NCBI GenBank assembly: GCA_963779755.1
Contig: CAVZZO010000001.1
Span: 640,001 to 704,000, forward strand
From: an uncultured Gemmatimonadales bacterium
Lineage (GTDB): Bacteria; Gemmatimonadota; Gemmatimonadetes; Gemmatimonadales; GWC2-71-9
Direction: 5' to 3'
Length of the DNA: 64,000 nt
Shown here: positions 20,451 through 30,763 of the stretch, in pieces
How positions within the stretch are numbered: the stretch's first letter is position 1
How the letters are laid out: each line of letters starts with the position of its first letter
Made by a program: the position numbers and the translations under genes
The notes under the pieces: generated by a model
Databases searched by the model: none
The model's input: the letters and a program-made list of their open reading frames with translations, nothing else
What the model was told of the DNA's origin: nothing

Positions 20451-21911
20451 TCATTGGATGTACTGAGCACCAGTTCGTCCCGAAGCGAGCCTCGGTTGAG
20501 CACCGGGATCAAGCACAAGACTCGGGAAGAGCCCGGCGTTGGTGACGGGGTCGACCACGCGGTGCCGCCAGCTTGCTGCGACATCACAATTGGCGGCGCA
20601 TGTCGCCAACGCCAGCCCGCCCGCCTGGCCGGCATAGGCGATAGCCATACGCCCGCCAGGATGACGTGCCTCCGAAACACCAACACCGTTCCCCGACGGA
20701 TCCACCTCTGCGGAGGTCCAACTCGCCGACTGGAGGCAATTGGATTCGCACGTCGCGTAGCGGAGGCCGGACGATCCGCTGTAGTATGCGTGATGCAGCA
20801 CGCCGGAGGCATCGAGTTGGAGGTCGCTCCCCGAGCCTGGCATCGCTTCGGTCGCCAGCGTGACGGACTGCCAATTGGCAGTAGTGGTGCAGCTCGACGA
20901 GCAGGCCGCGTACTTTATCAGGCTAGCACCTGTGCTGCCTGCCTGGCCGCGATATGCTGCGTGCACCTCTCCGGAAGGACTCACGGCGACTGCGACATCC
21001 TGCATGTTGAGGAGCCCCTCCGGCAGCGTACCATTGGTCCAGCCTCCTGGGAGAGTGCAGCCGGTGGCACAGCTGGCGTAGTGGAGTTTGCCGTCGCCCC
21101 AATTCGAGTAGAGAGCATGCGCGGCACCGCCGCTGTCGACTGCGATTGATGCGAACATGCCGCTCCTGGAGCCTGAGTCTACTACGGTATGGAACCAGTT
21201 TGCCGCCAGACCGCAGTTCGCGGAACAGGTGGCATATCGGAGGTCTGTGCTGGCGTCCGCGGAGTAGACGACGTGGAGGCGTCGAGACTGATCAAGGACG
21301 GCGCTGACGGCATTGCCCGCGGCAGAATCGTCGATGATCAGCGTCTGCCAGGAATCGGGCGCACCGCAAGCGGTGGTGCAGGTGCTGTAGTAGAGTATCC
21401 CCCCGGTTGGATCAAGCGTTACGAGGTGAGCCCGCCCGGCACCGTCCAGTACCAGACGCTGAATCGCAGCTTGGGAGAGGGGTACGATTGATATCGGGCT
21501 GGAGGTTCTCGTCGTGAAGCTGCTCTGGAACCCAGTGAGTGGCGTGCCCGTGGTTGCTCTGATGGCGGCGGTAGCCGACACTTCGTAAGTCGTTCCAGGA
21601 AGGAGGGGGGCATCGAGTGTGACGGACCGCCGACCATCGGCCACGTTGAGGGCGGTGGGGAGCGCGTTCCCCGCTTGAGTGATGGCCAGGCTCGAGCTGG
21701 TCACCGTGGTTGGGTCCAGAGAATCGCTGAAATAGACCGTGATTGTCGGCCAGAGTGCTGCGACGGTGCCGGGTGTGGGGCGGACGGAATCGACAGTGAG
21801 TGTTCCGCCGCTGGGGGGAGAGGGAGGAGCGGTACCGCTGTCGCCGCAGGCTGCCAGGAGAATCGCAAGCACTGCCAGCCCGACGCCGTACTCTATCGCA
21901 GCGGATCGCAA
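20451..21911 (-). CDS. Lipoprotein with an Ig-like domain and Cys-containing beta-propeller-like repeats, probable cassette gene
   Basis: Lipobox LAAC; repeated LxYATCxxxC..W units; lower GC; follows the attC at 21954. Confidence 0.8.
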   Translation of the reverse strand: MRSAAIEYGVGLAVLAILLAACGDSGTAPPSPPSGGTLTVDSVRPTPGTVAALWPTITVYFSDSLDPTTVTSSSLAITQAGNALPTALNVADGRRSVTLDAPLLPGTTYEVSATAAIRATTGTPLTGFQSSFTTRTSSPISIVPLSQAAIQRLVLDGAGRAHLVTLDPTGGILYYSTCTTACGAPDSWQTLIIDDSAAGNAVSAVLDQSRRLHVVYSADASTDLRYATCSANCGLAANWFHTVVDSGSRSGMFASIAVDSGGAAHALYSNWGDGKLHYASCATGCTLPGGWTNGTLPEGLLNMQDVAVAVSPSGEVHAAYRGQAGSTGASLIKYAACSSSCTTTANWQSVTLATEAMPGSGSDLQLDASGVLHHAYYSGSSGLRYATCESNCLQSASWTSAEVDPSGNGVGVSEARHPGGRMAIAYAGQAGGLALATCAANCDVAASWRHRVVDPVTNAGLFPSLVLDPGAQPRLASGRTGAQYIQ

Positions 21912-21953
21912 TGGTTACCTCCAGGAAGTCCGTTCTGGAGAACGGGTAGGCCC

Positions 21954-22047
21954 GCCGAACGTCATCAGCATCAGTTGCGAGACGCTCACGCGTACCGAAA
22001 TTGTAGTGGCAGAGTGGCGCCTCGATAACTGCATCCGATGGTCAGCC
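21954..22047 (-). other. attC site
   Basis: GCCGAAC..CATCAGTTGCGAGACGC / GCGCCTCGATAACTGCATCCGATG..GTCAGCC, 10 bp after a stop codon. Confidence 0.65.
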
Positions 22048-22056
22048 AGCATCTCG

Positions 22057-22620
22057 CTAACGCCTCTCCAGGTACCCTCTGCCTTCGAATATCGCCGCTA
22101 TCGCCTTTTCGATTCGTGCTACCCGCGTCGCCGACTGCTTGGCCGCGGCGAAGTGATAGAGGTAGCTCCTCTGCCGTCCCGGCGTCAGCGCCTCGAAGGC
22201 GCGCTTGAAACGCGGGTCCCTTCGGAACCGCTCGGTCAGTTCCTCGGGAACCGGAAAATCCGAGGTCTCCTTCCGCTCCATGCGCAGCCCGGCCTTCTCG
22301 ACTGCGATGGCCTGGCGCACGTAGGCCTTGATGGTCGCCGCCTTCGCCGTGATGTCCTTCGCGCTAGTGAACTTCATCACCCGCCCGGCGTGCACCTGAC
22401 CGAGCTGCACCAGCACCTTCTTGGGGTCCTTCAGCAGGGCGCCTTGAAAGAAGCCCAACCCGAGGTACTCCTTGAAGCCCTGTATGATGACGATGTTCTT
22501 CCCATCCACCGTGTAGGTGGGTTTACCCCACTTACACTCCTCTTTCATCGCAAGGCCGGCGAGCACCCGCCGCATCTCGGCAATCTCCGCCTCCCACCGC
22601 TCTCGATATGCCATCTTCAT
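22057..22620 (-). CDS. YdeI/OmpD-associated family protein (DUF1801 + OmdA)
   Basis: KWGKPTY, FFQGALLKDP, FEALTPGRQRSY, AKQSATR. Start uncertain. Confidence 0.88.
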   Translation of the reverse strand: MKMAYRERWEAEIAEMRRVLAGLAMKEECKWGKPTYTVDGKNIVIIQGFKEYLGLGFFQGALLKDPKKVLVQLGQVHAGRVMKFTSAKDITAKAATIKAYVRQAIAVEKAGLRMERKETSDFPVPEELTERFRRDPRFKRAFEALTPGRQRSYLYHFAAAKQSATRVARIEKAIAAIFEGRGYLERR

Positions 22621-22810
22621 GCCAGCACCTCTTCCGGTAGCTTGGACAGCTTTATCGCCCTCGCGCTTTCCCATGGCCATGTCCGCATCGTGCACAACCC
22701 GAGATCCGTCGTCGATCGTGATCGGGGATGCAGGCATTCCCGACTTACACCACGGGCTGAGGAGAGCGGCCGCTCTGTTTGCTGCGCGCATGAGTGTCGA
22801 CTCGCCGTCT

Positions 22811-23113
22811 GGCTAACGGCCTGCGTTTCAGCCGCGGCGGCGCCGGAGCCCACCACCGCCGGCACGGCGCCTTGGCCGCCGGCCCCGGCACCTGGGCGGC
22901 GCGGGGTGGGGCTCAAAGCCCGGGTCCGCCGCGGGCGTCGTTTCCGGTCCGATTCGCGCCCCCCGCCAGCAGCGGAGGCCGGCCGGCCGGAGCTTTTGGT
23001 GAGCTTACTGCGGGGAGCCTGGGGTCGCTAGAGGGAAGCTGGCCCGGGGCAAAAACCTGGAGGCCGTTCCGGAGTCTCCCAAGAATCGGCGCGCGGAACC
23101 CGGTGGCTCGTGT
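22811..23113 (-). other. Decayed ORF-less cassette with degenerate attC, related to the 455-bp cassettes
   Basis: The first ~70 nt after attI align with the cassette at 50723; GGCTAACGGCCTGCGTTTCAGC arm at 22811. Confidence 0.55.
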
Positions 23114-23245
23114 GGCTAACAGGTATTGGACCTGCGTACCCATCCCACTGAACCGCCGACCGACTAGAAATTATCTTACGGTCCGCAGCCTGATTCCACA
23201 ACATCGCCGCGGAGGCTCGCCCAGGAGATCTGCCGGGCTCCGAAG
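23114..23245 (-). other. attI + Pc + intI 3' tail module (copy 3)
   Basis: GTTAGCC core, TTGTGG-17-TAAGAT (23201-23173), tail LRSPADLLG; cut by a REP. Confidence 0.85.
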
Positions 23246-23338
23246 CGGCCGAAACTGAAGGCACGGTTCCGGCTCCTTCGCTCCGTTCAGGATGACAGCC
23301 CGTGCATCTTCCCGCCTTCCCGCACGACTAGCCCGCAC

Positions 23339-25459
23339 TCATGGACGGTAGGCCCGCTCGATGTGCCCCTGGAGTTCGGCCAGCGTCATCCAGGCTGGCC
23401 GCATTTCCCCGCGGGCGAACATCGGGGCCTGATCCCTGAAGTGGGGCGAGCCGGGATGGCCGGATGCGCCGAAGACATGGACGGCACGGGCGCGCACCGG
23501 CCTGCCCAGCTCGACCACGCTGATGTAGCTGGCCCCGGCCACGCCGAATGACTGCCGCCCTTCGCCGGCCGGCTTGGTGTACATGGTGAAGATGGCGCCG
23601 TAGTCTCCCGGGACCGCCGGTACCGCCACGCTGGGGCGGTCGTCCCGGAAGTCGGCCAGGGTGTCGAGGTCGTTGATGCGCTGGAGCCGGGTGATCCGTC
23701 CCCACGGTACCTGCCACGTGCCCCGGGTGCGTGCCAGGCCGGCCAGCGCCGAATCGAGGGCCGCAACCTGGTATGCCGGATCGTCCTGTTGCGACCCCGG
23801 GAGGTCCCCGATGGCCCGGATCCAGTAGACGAACAGGGTGGTGGCCACCGAGGCAGTGTCGGCCCGGTGATCCCAGGCCGCCAGCAGTTCCAGCGCCGCT
23901 CGGCGCGCCGCTGGCCCGCCGTCCTGGCGGCGCGCCTCGCTCAGCAGCGGCTCCAGCACTCCGTCGGCCAGGCTCAACCGGGTATCGAACGCGGCACGGT
24001 TCCAGGCCTCCCAGGTGAACGACGAGTCTGCCGCCAGGAGGCGCCGAGCGGCCAGGCCGCGGGGGTTGTCGCCCTCGGGCACCATGTAGGGCGGGAACGT
24101 TGAGGAATCGGGGTTGCCCCGGTCGGTGAGCAGGAAGGGCGTGGTGTTGTTGTTCTGCATCCAGCCTGAGGGCGGGTCGAGCAGCTGGGGCAGCTCGTCG
24201 ATGCCGTGGTAGCCCCGCCACTCGGTGGCCGGGTCGGACCCGTCCACCGGGCGCTGCCAGTCGAAGCGGGGATCGCGCCTGGGCACGGCGCCGTTGTAGA
24301 GGTACCAGATGTGTCCCGCGGTATCGGCTCCCATCACGTTGCCGAACAGCATGGCGAGCGGCGCCATGGCCTGCCGCAGCTCCGCCATGCTCCGCGCCCG
24401 GGTCATCCGGTACCACTCCGCCAGCCACCCCGGTTCATCGAAGCGCGCCATCCGGAGCGCCAGGGGATGGCCGTTGCGCACCGCGACCAGGGGACCGTGA
24501 TGGGTGCGCCGGAAGGTCACCACCCGGGGCACCAGGCCGTGACCGATCCGTACCAGCAGAGTATCCCGCCATTCGATGGCGGTGCGATGTTCCCTGTCGT
24601 AGCGGTAGCGCAGCGGGTAGCGCGGGTCGTCGAAGGTCTCCGACCAGAGATCGGCCTGGTCGGCGGCGTTGTCGGTGCTCACCCAGCCGATCGCCTCGCT
24701 GTGCCCCACGTAGGGGAAGGGAAACCCGAACCGGGTATAGCCGGTGAAGTTCCAGCCGCTGGCGCTGCGGACCTGGCCCTCGTAGACCTGGCCCGGGCCG
24801 AAGTAGGGCAGGTGCGGGTTGATGAGCAGCATCGCGTGGCCGGTGGCACTCCGGGAGGGCGCGATGACGAACCCGTTGGAGCCGGTGTTGCGGCGGAGGG
24901 CGGTGTCGCGGGCGACGGCCAGCTCACTCTGGCGCAGGCCGGCGGCGTAGACGAACCCGGTCTGGTAGTAGAGGTAGCGGATCAGGGCCAGCGGATACCA
25001 GGGCTCGATGCGATGCAGGAGGCGTGGAGCCTCGGGGTGCTGCTGCAGCCAGCGGTTGATGCCGGCGGCGAAGCCGTCCACCAGCGCCCGCTCATGCGGG
25101 GCCAGCCTGCGATACTCGGCCTGGGCCGTCTGCGGAACGCGCAGCAGGTGGTTCAACCGGTCGTCGGCGAAGCCGGCCCCGCCGTCCACCTCCGCCCGGC
25201 GACCGATGGCCCGGATGTAGTTGTCCTCCAGCCGGGCGAAGTTGTCCTCGGCCTGGGCATAGCCGAAGCCGAATGTCGCCGCCTCATCGGACTCCCCGAA
25301 GACGTGCGGGACGCCGTAGCTGTCGCGATAGATGGTGACGCTGTCGGCGAGGGTGCGGCCTTCACCGCCGGCGGGCGCCGCGCCGGTGGCCCATACTCCG
25401 AGGAAGAGGAGCAGGGTGACGGGGATCGGTCGTGCGAACGCGGGGCGGGAATGATCCAT
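23339..25459 (-). CDS. Penicillin acylase family (Ntn hydrolase)
   Basis: RDSYGVPHV, GYAQAEDN, GSN nucleophile, LLINPHL. Confidence 0.95.
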   Translation of the reverse strand: MDHSRPAFARPIPVTLLLFLGVWATGAAPAGGEGRTLADSVTIYRDSYGVPHVFGESDEAATFGFGYAQAEDNFARLEDNYIRAIGRRAEVDGGAGFADDRLNHLLRVPQTAQAEYRRLAPHERALVDGFAAGINRWLQQHPEAPRLLHRIEPWYPLALIRYLYYQTGFVYAAGLRQSELAVARDTALRRNTGSNGFVIAPSRSATGHAMLLINPHLPYFGPGQVYEGQVRSASGWNFTGYTRFGFPFPYVGHSEAIGWVSTDNAADQADLWSETFDDPRYPLRYRYDREHRTAIEWRDTLLVRIGHGLVPRVVTFRRTHHGPLVAVRNGHPLALRMARFDEPGWLAEWYRMTRARSMAELRQAMAPLAMLFGNVMGADTAGHIWYLYNGAVPRRDPRFDWQRPVDGSDPATEWRGYHGIDELPQLLDPPSGWMQNNNTTPFLLTDRGNPDSSTFPPYMVPEGDNPRGLAARRLLAADSSFTWEAWNRAAFDTRLSLADGVLEPLLSEARRQDGGPAARRAALELLAAWDHRADTASVATTLFVYWIRAIGDLPGSQQDDPAYQVAALDSALAGLARTRGTWQVPWGRITRLQRINDLDTLADFRDDRPSVAVPAVPGDYGAIFTMYTKPAGEGRQSFGVAGASYISVVELGRPVRARAVHVFGASGHPGSPHFRDQAPMFARGEMRPAWMTLAELQGHIERAYRP

Positions 25460-25522
25460 AGCGGAATACCCCGAGGGAAGGCGGATGGGTCGGGAGGATC
25501 ATAACACAGACTGGAGCGGTCC

Positions 25523-25885
25523 GTCATTGGCGAGGGCGCTGAGCGCCCGAGGCAATCCCCCGGCCTCCTGACGTCCCATCATCAGGGATCCACAGATTAC
25601 GCAGATTGACTCCGATTGCCGGCACGGCTCCTTGGGTTGTCCCCGTCCCCCCAACAAACAGAATTCTGTTTTCTTCCGGGTGCCCGGCAAAGCTTGGCGG
25701 AGGCTACGGGTCACCGGAGCATCATCTGTGTAATCTGTGTAATCTGTGGATCCCTGATAAGAGCCATCCGCGCGCCCGGGCTCCTGGCGCAACCCAACTG
25801 ACCTAACCCCCTGTCCCCTTCCCTGTTGGGAAGGGGGAACCGGCGCCGGAAACCCCGTCGTCCCAACCCGCGAGCGGGTGAGGGC
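25523..25885. repeat. Composite palindromic repeat cluster
   Basis: GTCATTG arm, CAGATTACGCAGATT / AATCTGTGTAATCTGTG, and a CCCCTTCCC hairpin. Confidence 0.8.
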
Positions 25886-25894
25886 CGCCGGTCG

Positions 25895-26737
25895 CTAGGC
25901 CTTCGGGCCTGCCAGACCCTGGGTTCGGAGCCAGTGATAGAACTCCTCGATCCAATAGTCGCTGCTGGTACCCTGGTGACGCATCCCGAACCCGTGACCG
26001 CCCGAGCGAAAGATGTGGACCTCCGGGTTGGCGCCGGCGGCCTCCAGCGCCGTCAGGAACCGGCGGACCGGCTCGAGGGCGACGCGGTCATCCTGAGCCC
26101 AGGCAAGGAAAAGGGGCGGCAGGTGAGCCGGGATCGCCGGCATGACCCCGAACGGGGCCCCGTACAGGAGGGCGGCGAACCTCGGGCGAGCCGCGGAATC
26201 CGGTTGGAGCACCGCGGCGCTGGCTACCATGGCCCCAGCCGAGAAACCAAGGAACCCGATGCGATCCGGGTCGACGCCCCAGGCGGCGGCATGGGCCCGC
26301 ACTACCTTGAGGGCCTGGATGCCGTCCGCGATGCCATACCGGCCGGCCGTGTCCATGTCCATCGTTGGGATGCCGGACTCCCGCTTCTCGACGGTGCGGT
26401 ACTTCAGGACGAAGGCCGCGATGCCACGGGCCTGGAGCCAGCGGGCCACGTCGCGGCCCTCGAGGTCGATCGCCAGAGCCACAAAGGCGCCGCCGGGGGC
26501 CACGATCACCCCGGTGCCGGTCGCCTGGCTGCGCGGGGGGAGGTAGGCCGTCACGGTCGGGGTCACCACGTTGAGGATCACGGTGCCGAGCGGGGTATGC
26601 TCGAGGGTGACCTCGCGCTGAGTCCAGTGCTCGGATCCGGGGGGGATGCCGGGCCAGAGATTGACGACCTGGGCGGAGGCGAGCGCGGGGCTGAGGAGCA
26701 GGGCCGCGGCCACAAGCGGAAGACGGATGCTGGTCAT
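25895..26737 (-). CDS. Secreted alpha/beta hydrolase (esterase)
   Basis: PGGAF, GFSAG, GGHGFG motifs. Confidence 0.9.
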   Translation of the reverse strand: MTSIRLPLVAAALLLSPALASAQVVNLWPGIPPGSEHWTQREVTLEHTPLGTVILNVVTPTVTAYLPPRSQATGTGVIVAPGGAFVALAIDLEGRDVARWLQARGIAAFVLKYRTVEKRESGIPTMDMDTAGRYGIADGIQALKVVRAHAAAWGVDPDRIGFLGFSAGAMVASAAVLQPDSAARPRFAALLYGAPFGVMPAIPAHLPPLFLAWAQDDRVALEPVRRFLTALEAAGANPEVHIFRSGGHGFGMRHQGTSSDYWIEEFYHWLRTQGLAGPKA

Positions 26738-26871
26738 CGGGTTGTCGAGTCTGGCAGCAGGAGTGCGGGTGGGGACGGCATTCACGCGGGTGCAGCAGGT
26801 GCGTGCAATAGTCGCGAGGTTGCGTACTCGCCTGCGCTGCCGCCAGTCCAACCTGGGCCTCGAGTGGCCGA

Positions 26872-27930
26872 TCATTCGCAGAGGTGAAGCCGGGATCGGC
26901 CGGTTTGGCGGTCTGATGAGGGAGCGTCCAGGCAGTACCGCTGCAAGTCCTCGCTGCCGAACACGGGACCCGGGAAATACTTCGCCACGCCCGCCACATA
27001 GGTAGCGGGATCGGTCGGATACCAGTGGTACAGCAGGACGGCCTTCACGCCGGCGTTGGCCGCCATCTGACCCACCTCCCTGATGTCCAGGTGCTCCTTG
27101 GTCATGTGGGCCTCGAAGGTGTTCCGGCGCGCCGGCGACCAGTGATTCTTTTGCGCCATGCTATCGACAAACTCACCGATGGCCACGGAGTTCTGCACCT
27201 CTGACACGAGCACGTCGGCGCCTCCGGCGAGGCGGGTGACCGCCTCGCTCGGTCCGGTGTCGCCGGTGAACACGATCGTGCCGTGCGGCGTCTCGAACCG
27301 GTAGGCGTATGACTTCATAGTCGCGCGCGAGCTCTCGGGCATCAGGGCGTAGTGCGTATTTTCTACCGCAACGACTCTGATCCTGTCGTCCTGGTAGACG
27401 ACACCCTCGCCGATCTCGTGCACCGCGAACGGGCTCGTTGCCGGCACGCCGCCTCTGGGTCCGCCGCCCTCGGCGGCGAAGACAGCGTACGGGATGCTTA
27501 TGTACCGGTACGCCGCGTCGACCAGCGCCTTCGTCTGCGGCGGGCCGTAGACGTTGATGGTGTGCGCCGCGTCGGCCGCGTCCTTCCGCTGAAAGTCGTT
27601 CGCGAGGACATCCGCCAGTCCGAGCGTGTGATCCGCGTGCAGGTGCGTGAAGAAGATGGTGCCGATCGTCTCCGAGGCGATGCCGGCCTTCACCAGTCGT
27701 CGCGCGGTGCCGATACCGCAGTCGATCAGATAGCGCCGACCATCGACTATGAGCAGCGTGGCCGGCTCGGACCGGTCCGCCCGCAGCGGCGGCCCCGCGG
27801 CGGTACCGAGGAAGAGGATTTGTGTCCCCGGCGGCTGGTCCGGCGCCAGCCGTTGTCCCGGCAAGGCGCCCGGAGCAAGAACGAACGAGAGAGCGGCGAT
27901 TGCGCCCACGCATCGCGTTCCCGTGGTCAT
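26872..27930 (-). CDS. MBL-fold metallo-hydrolase (RNase Z-like), secreted
   Basis: LGTAAGP, THLHADH, FTGDTG motifs. Confidence 0.9.
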   Translation of the reverse strand: MTTGTRCVGAIAALSFVLAPGALPGQRLAPDQPPGTQILFLGTAAGPPLRADRSEPATLLIVDGRRYLIDCGIGTARRLVKAGIASETIGTIFFTHLHADHTLGLADVLANDFQRKDAADAAHTINVYGPPQTKALVDAAYRYISIPYAVFAAEGGGPRGGVPATSPFAVHEIGEGVVYQDDRIRVVAVENTHYALMPESSRATMKSYAYRFETPHGTIVFTGDTGPSEAVTRLAGGADVLVSEVQNSVAIGEFVDSMAQKNHWSPARRNTFEAHMTKEHLDIREVGQMAANAGVKAVLLYHWYPTDPATYVAGVAKYFPGPVFGSEDLQRYCLDAPSSDRQTGRSRLHLCE

Positions 27931-27989
27931 GAATGCCTCCGCGAGGGGCGGTTCAAGCTGCCAGACCGAAACTGCCAATCCACGTCGTC

Positions 27990-28124
27990 ACGGCTGCACA
28001 GTTACCGGTGCAGGCTGCGGTCTCGTCGGTGATGCGGATTGTTGGTGAAGCCCAGGGCCTCGTAGAAGGACCCGGACCTCGGCAGGTCTCTCACCGGCAG
28101 GTTCACGAAAATCATCCTGGTCAT
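27990..28124 (-). pseudogene. Truncated VOC/glyoxalase gene
   Basis: MTRMIFVNLPVRDLPRSGSFYEALGF, then the frame breaks; RBS present. Confidence 0.7.
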
Positions 28125-28301
28125 CTCAAGTCTCCCTTTGGTGCGGCAAGCTCCACGGTCACCGTGCCAAAGATAGGAATATGACGGGGCGAGTGCATTG
28201 GCGCCCATGGTGCCGGTGCAGGCGCTGGCCGCCGGCCAGGCGTCGCGCATCCGCGAGTGGTGTGCTCGCACCGCCGCTGCTTCCCGACACCGTGGTATCA
28301 G

Positions 28302-28631
28302 TCAGGCCCGTCCCCCGGCCACCAGCACCTCACGCCAGAAGCCAAACTCCGCCGGCTCGTCCAGAAAGTCGGCCGCGGTCTTGAGGAATGCCTGCTGGTA
28401 AGGCGTCTGCATGTGGGGGCCGCTGAAGACCTCCTCGCTTTCCCATTGTTCGATGATCAGGAGACGGGTGGGGTTCCGCGGATCTTCGTGGACCCGGATG
28501 CCGTGGCACGCCGGCTCACGCTCGATCACGATCCGGATCACTGCTTCCAGCTCGCGCCGCGCCACCGCCAGCTTCCCGGGCTTGATGACGCAGGTAATGA
28601 CCACGGTGACCGGCCCGGCGTTGCGGTTCAT
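28302..28631 (-). CDS. Antibiotic biosynthesis monooxygenase (ABM) family
   Basis: IKPGK..EPAC..EQWESEE..HMQTP. Confidence 0.85.
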   Translation of the reverse strand: MNRNAGPVTVVITCVIKPGKLAVARRELEAVIRIVIEREPACHGIRVHEDPRNPTRLLIIEQWESEEVFSGPHMQTPYQQAFLKTAADFLDEPAEFGFWREVLVAGGRA

Positions 28632-28695
28632 CGCCCCTCCCGTTGGTGTCCGTTGCTGCGACCGGCTGGCTCCCGTCCCCCCGCGCGGGCGTCCC

Positions 28696-29157
28696 TCACT
28701 CCACCCGGGTATACGTCAGCTCCAGATCCTGCTCCCACGTGACATCGTCCTTCGACAACTCGCTCACCCCCCGGAGGGTATCGCCCTCCGGAGCCATGGC
28801 CAGAGTAACGCGCTGCGAAAACCCGGGCGCCGTGCGCCACCACCGCATGACGCCGCCGTCCATCACAACCTCATACCGCCGCGAGAGTCCCCGCGCGTCG
28901 AAGTACAGCATGGTGAACCGCTCGCTCGCATCATCACTGCCAACAAGGGCGATCCCGGGCGGGATACGCGGTTCCTCCATCTCCGAACGAATTCGCAGGA
29001 AGGCGCCCCCATCATGCCAGTCGAAGACCGTCCGGCCGCGCAGCTCGACCCCCGGCAGCATCGAGTGGCGCCCCGCCGTCGACCATTCGCCGATCAATGG
29101 CGCGAACACGGCGAGGCGAGGATTGGGGATCATGGCGGCACTGGCAAACTGCGACAC
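28696..29157 (-). CDS. Conserved hypothetical protein (DUF1579-like)
   Basis: LIGEWST..YFDARG..WEQDLELTYTR. Confidence 0.7.
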   Translation of the reverse strand: MSQFASAAMIPNPRLAVFAPLIGEWSTAGRHSMLPGVELRGRTVFDWHDGGAFLRIRSEMEEPRIPPGIALVGSDDASERFTMLYFDARGLSRRYEVVMDGGVMRWWRTAPGFSQRVTLAMAPEGDTLRGVSELSKDDVTWEQDLELTYTRVE

Positions 29158-29226
29158 GAGTCCTCCGGAGGTGCGAGAGGCGGCGGGCCGGGGCCGGACA
29201 GGACGGCCTGTCAGCCCGCGCCGGCG

Positions 29227-29388
29227 GCCCTACGGCGTGAGATCAAGCGCGGAAAACGGGTGGTCGGGCGGCAGCGGCGACCAAGGGCGGCGTCGAACTC
29301 CAGGAACTGTCAGCCTGAGGCCGCGAGAGCGGCCGAAGGGACCGAGGCCGAAGGACGGTTTCGGCCGCTTCGCTGCGCTCAGCGTGAC
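29227..29388. repeat. Truncated attC-like remnant followed by a single REP palindrome
   Basis: GCCCTAC..GTCGGGC, then GTCAGCCTGAG..CTCAGCGTGAC. Confidence 0.5.
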
Positions 29389-29583
29389 AGCCTTCCAGGT
29401 TCCAGTTAGCACAAACGCCCCTGCTCGTCCATCCGTTGCTCCGCGATGGTACCCGGGGAATCCGGCGGCGTCGCAACCGGAACCCCTGAAACGCAGGCTC
29501 GCCGAGACCGTCCAGGTCATCCCACCCGGCCTCAAGCACCGTCGGCCGCGAAGCGGGCCGTCCGCCCAGTCGTGCCGCGGGTT

Positions 29584-30082
29584 CTAGCCCGGAATCTCGC
29601 GGTTCGAGTAGTACGCGCGCCAGCCGGGAAAGTCGTGTGCGATCCAGTGCTGGAGCGCCGCGTAGACTTTCCCGTAGTAGCCGCGTTCGCAGGCGGCCGG
29701 TGTGACCCACCAGCTGGCGTCCACATCGAGTCGAGAGTTCGGCGGTCAAGGGTGTGCGCCGGCCGAGGGGGTAGAGGTAGGCGCAGCCGAGGTATTCGCC
29801 GGCGGTCGTGTAGAGGGCGTAGCTGAACGAGTATTCCTCGCGGAACTCGCACTCGTGCCACATGAGGTCGACGAGGTCGTAGTCCTCGGTGACGGGCCCG
29901 GCGGGCCAGGGGCCGCCGCGCGTCTGCCGGATCAGGTCGAGGCTGGCATTGATCCCGCGCACGTCGTCTCTCAGGTGGGCGCGGGAAAGCGCCGTCGCCA
30001 CCAGGTCCTCGTAGGTCAGCGTCCTCGGCGCCGCGCACCCGCGCGGCAAAACGAGCTTCTTGGTCAACGGTGTGTAATCCAT
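29584..30082 (-). CDS. GNAT-like protein with one frameshift near 29735
   Basis: SFSYALY..LGCAYLYP continues in a shifted frame as DVDASWWVT. Confidence 0.65.
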
Positions 30083-30102
30083 GGCGGATGGTGCCTCTCC
30101 GG

Positions 30103-30747
30103 TCAGGGTCGCTCGAATTTGAGGTGTGTCACGCCCGGAGCCGGCACCGTCTGCACCAGCTCGAGCCCGTGCAGATCCGTGCCCACGTCGTCGAACAGCC
30201 GCTCGCCGCCGCCCAGCAGGATCGGCACGAGGTGCAGTTGCATCTCGTCCACGAGCCCGGCCCTGAGATACTGCTGCGCCGCCTTCGCGCCTCCAGCGAG
30301 TGCGATGTCCATGTCTCCCGCCGCACGGCGTGCCTGCTCAAGCGCCGACTCGATGCCGTCCGTCACGAACCTGAACCTCGTTCCGCCTTCCATCGTAAGC
30401 GGCGCGCGCGGGTGATGCGTGAGCACGAACACGTGGTGGTGGAACGGCGGGTTCTTCCCCCACCATCCCTGCCACGGCGATGTCGTGCTCCACGGCCCGG
30501 GATGCCCGCCGAACATGTTGCGCCCCATGATCGTCGCGCCGATGTTCGCCAACTCTTCCTCGAAAACGGCCGAGTTTTCGTTCGCCACACCGCCCTGCTT
30601 TCCGTGTGCCGACAGCCAGGCGCTTAACTCGACCACCCAATCGTGCAGGCGCTCACCGCCCACCCCGAGCGGTTCCGCGAGGCTCTGGTTCGGACCGGCC
30701 ACGAAGCCGTCCAGTGACAGCGAGATTCTGAAGCGCAGTCTGGACAT
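30103..30747 (-). CDS. Dihydrofolate reductase / RibD C-terminal family
   Basis: SLDGFVAG, MGRNMF, AGGA, LVPILLGGGERLF. Confidence 0.92.
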   Translation of the reverse strand: MSRLRFRISLSLDGFVAGPNQSLAEPLGVGGERLHDWVVELSAWLSAHGKQGGVANENSAVFEEELANIGATIMGRNMFGGHPGPWSTTSPWQGWWGKNPPFHHHVFVLTHHPRAPLTMEGGTRFRFVTDGIESALEQARRAAGDMDIALAGGAKAAQQYLRAGLVDEMQLHLVPILLGGGERLFDDVGTDLHGLELVQTVPAPGVTHLKFERP

Positions 30748-30763
30748 GGGTACGCTCCTCGGA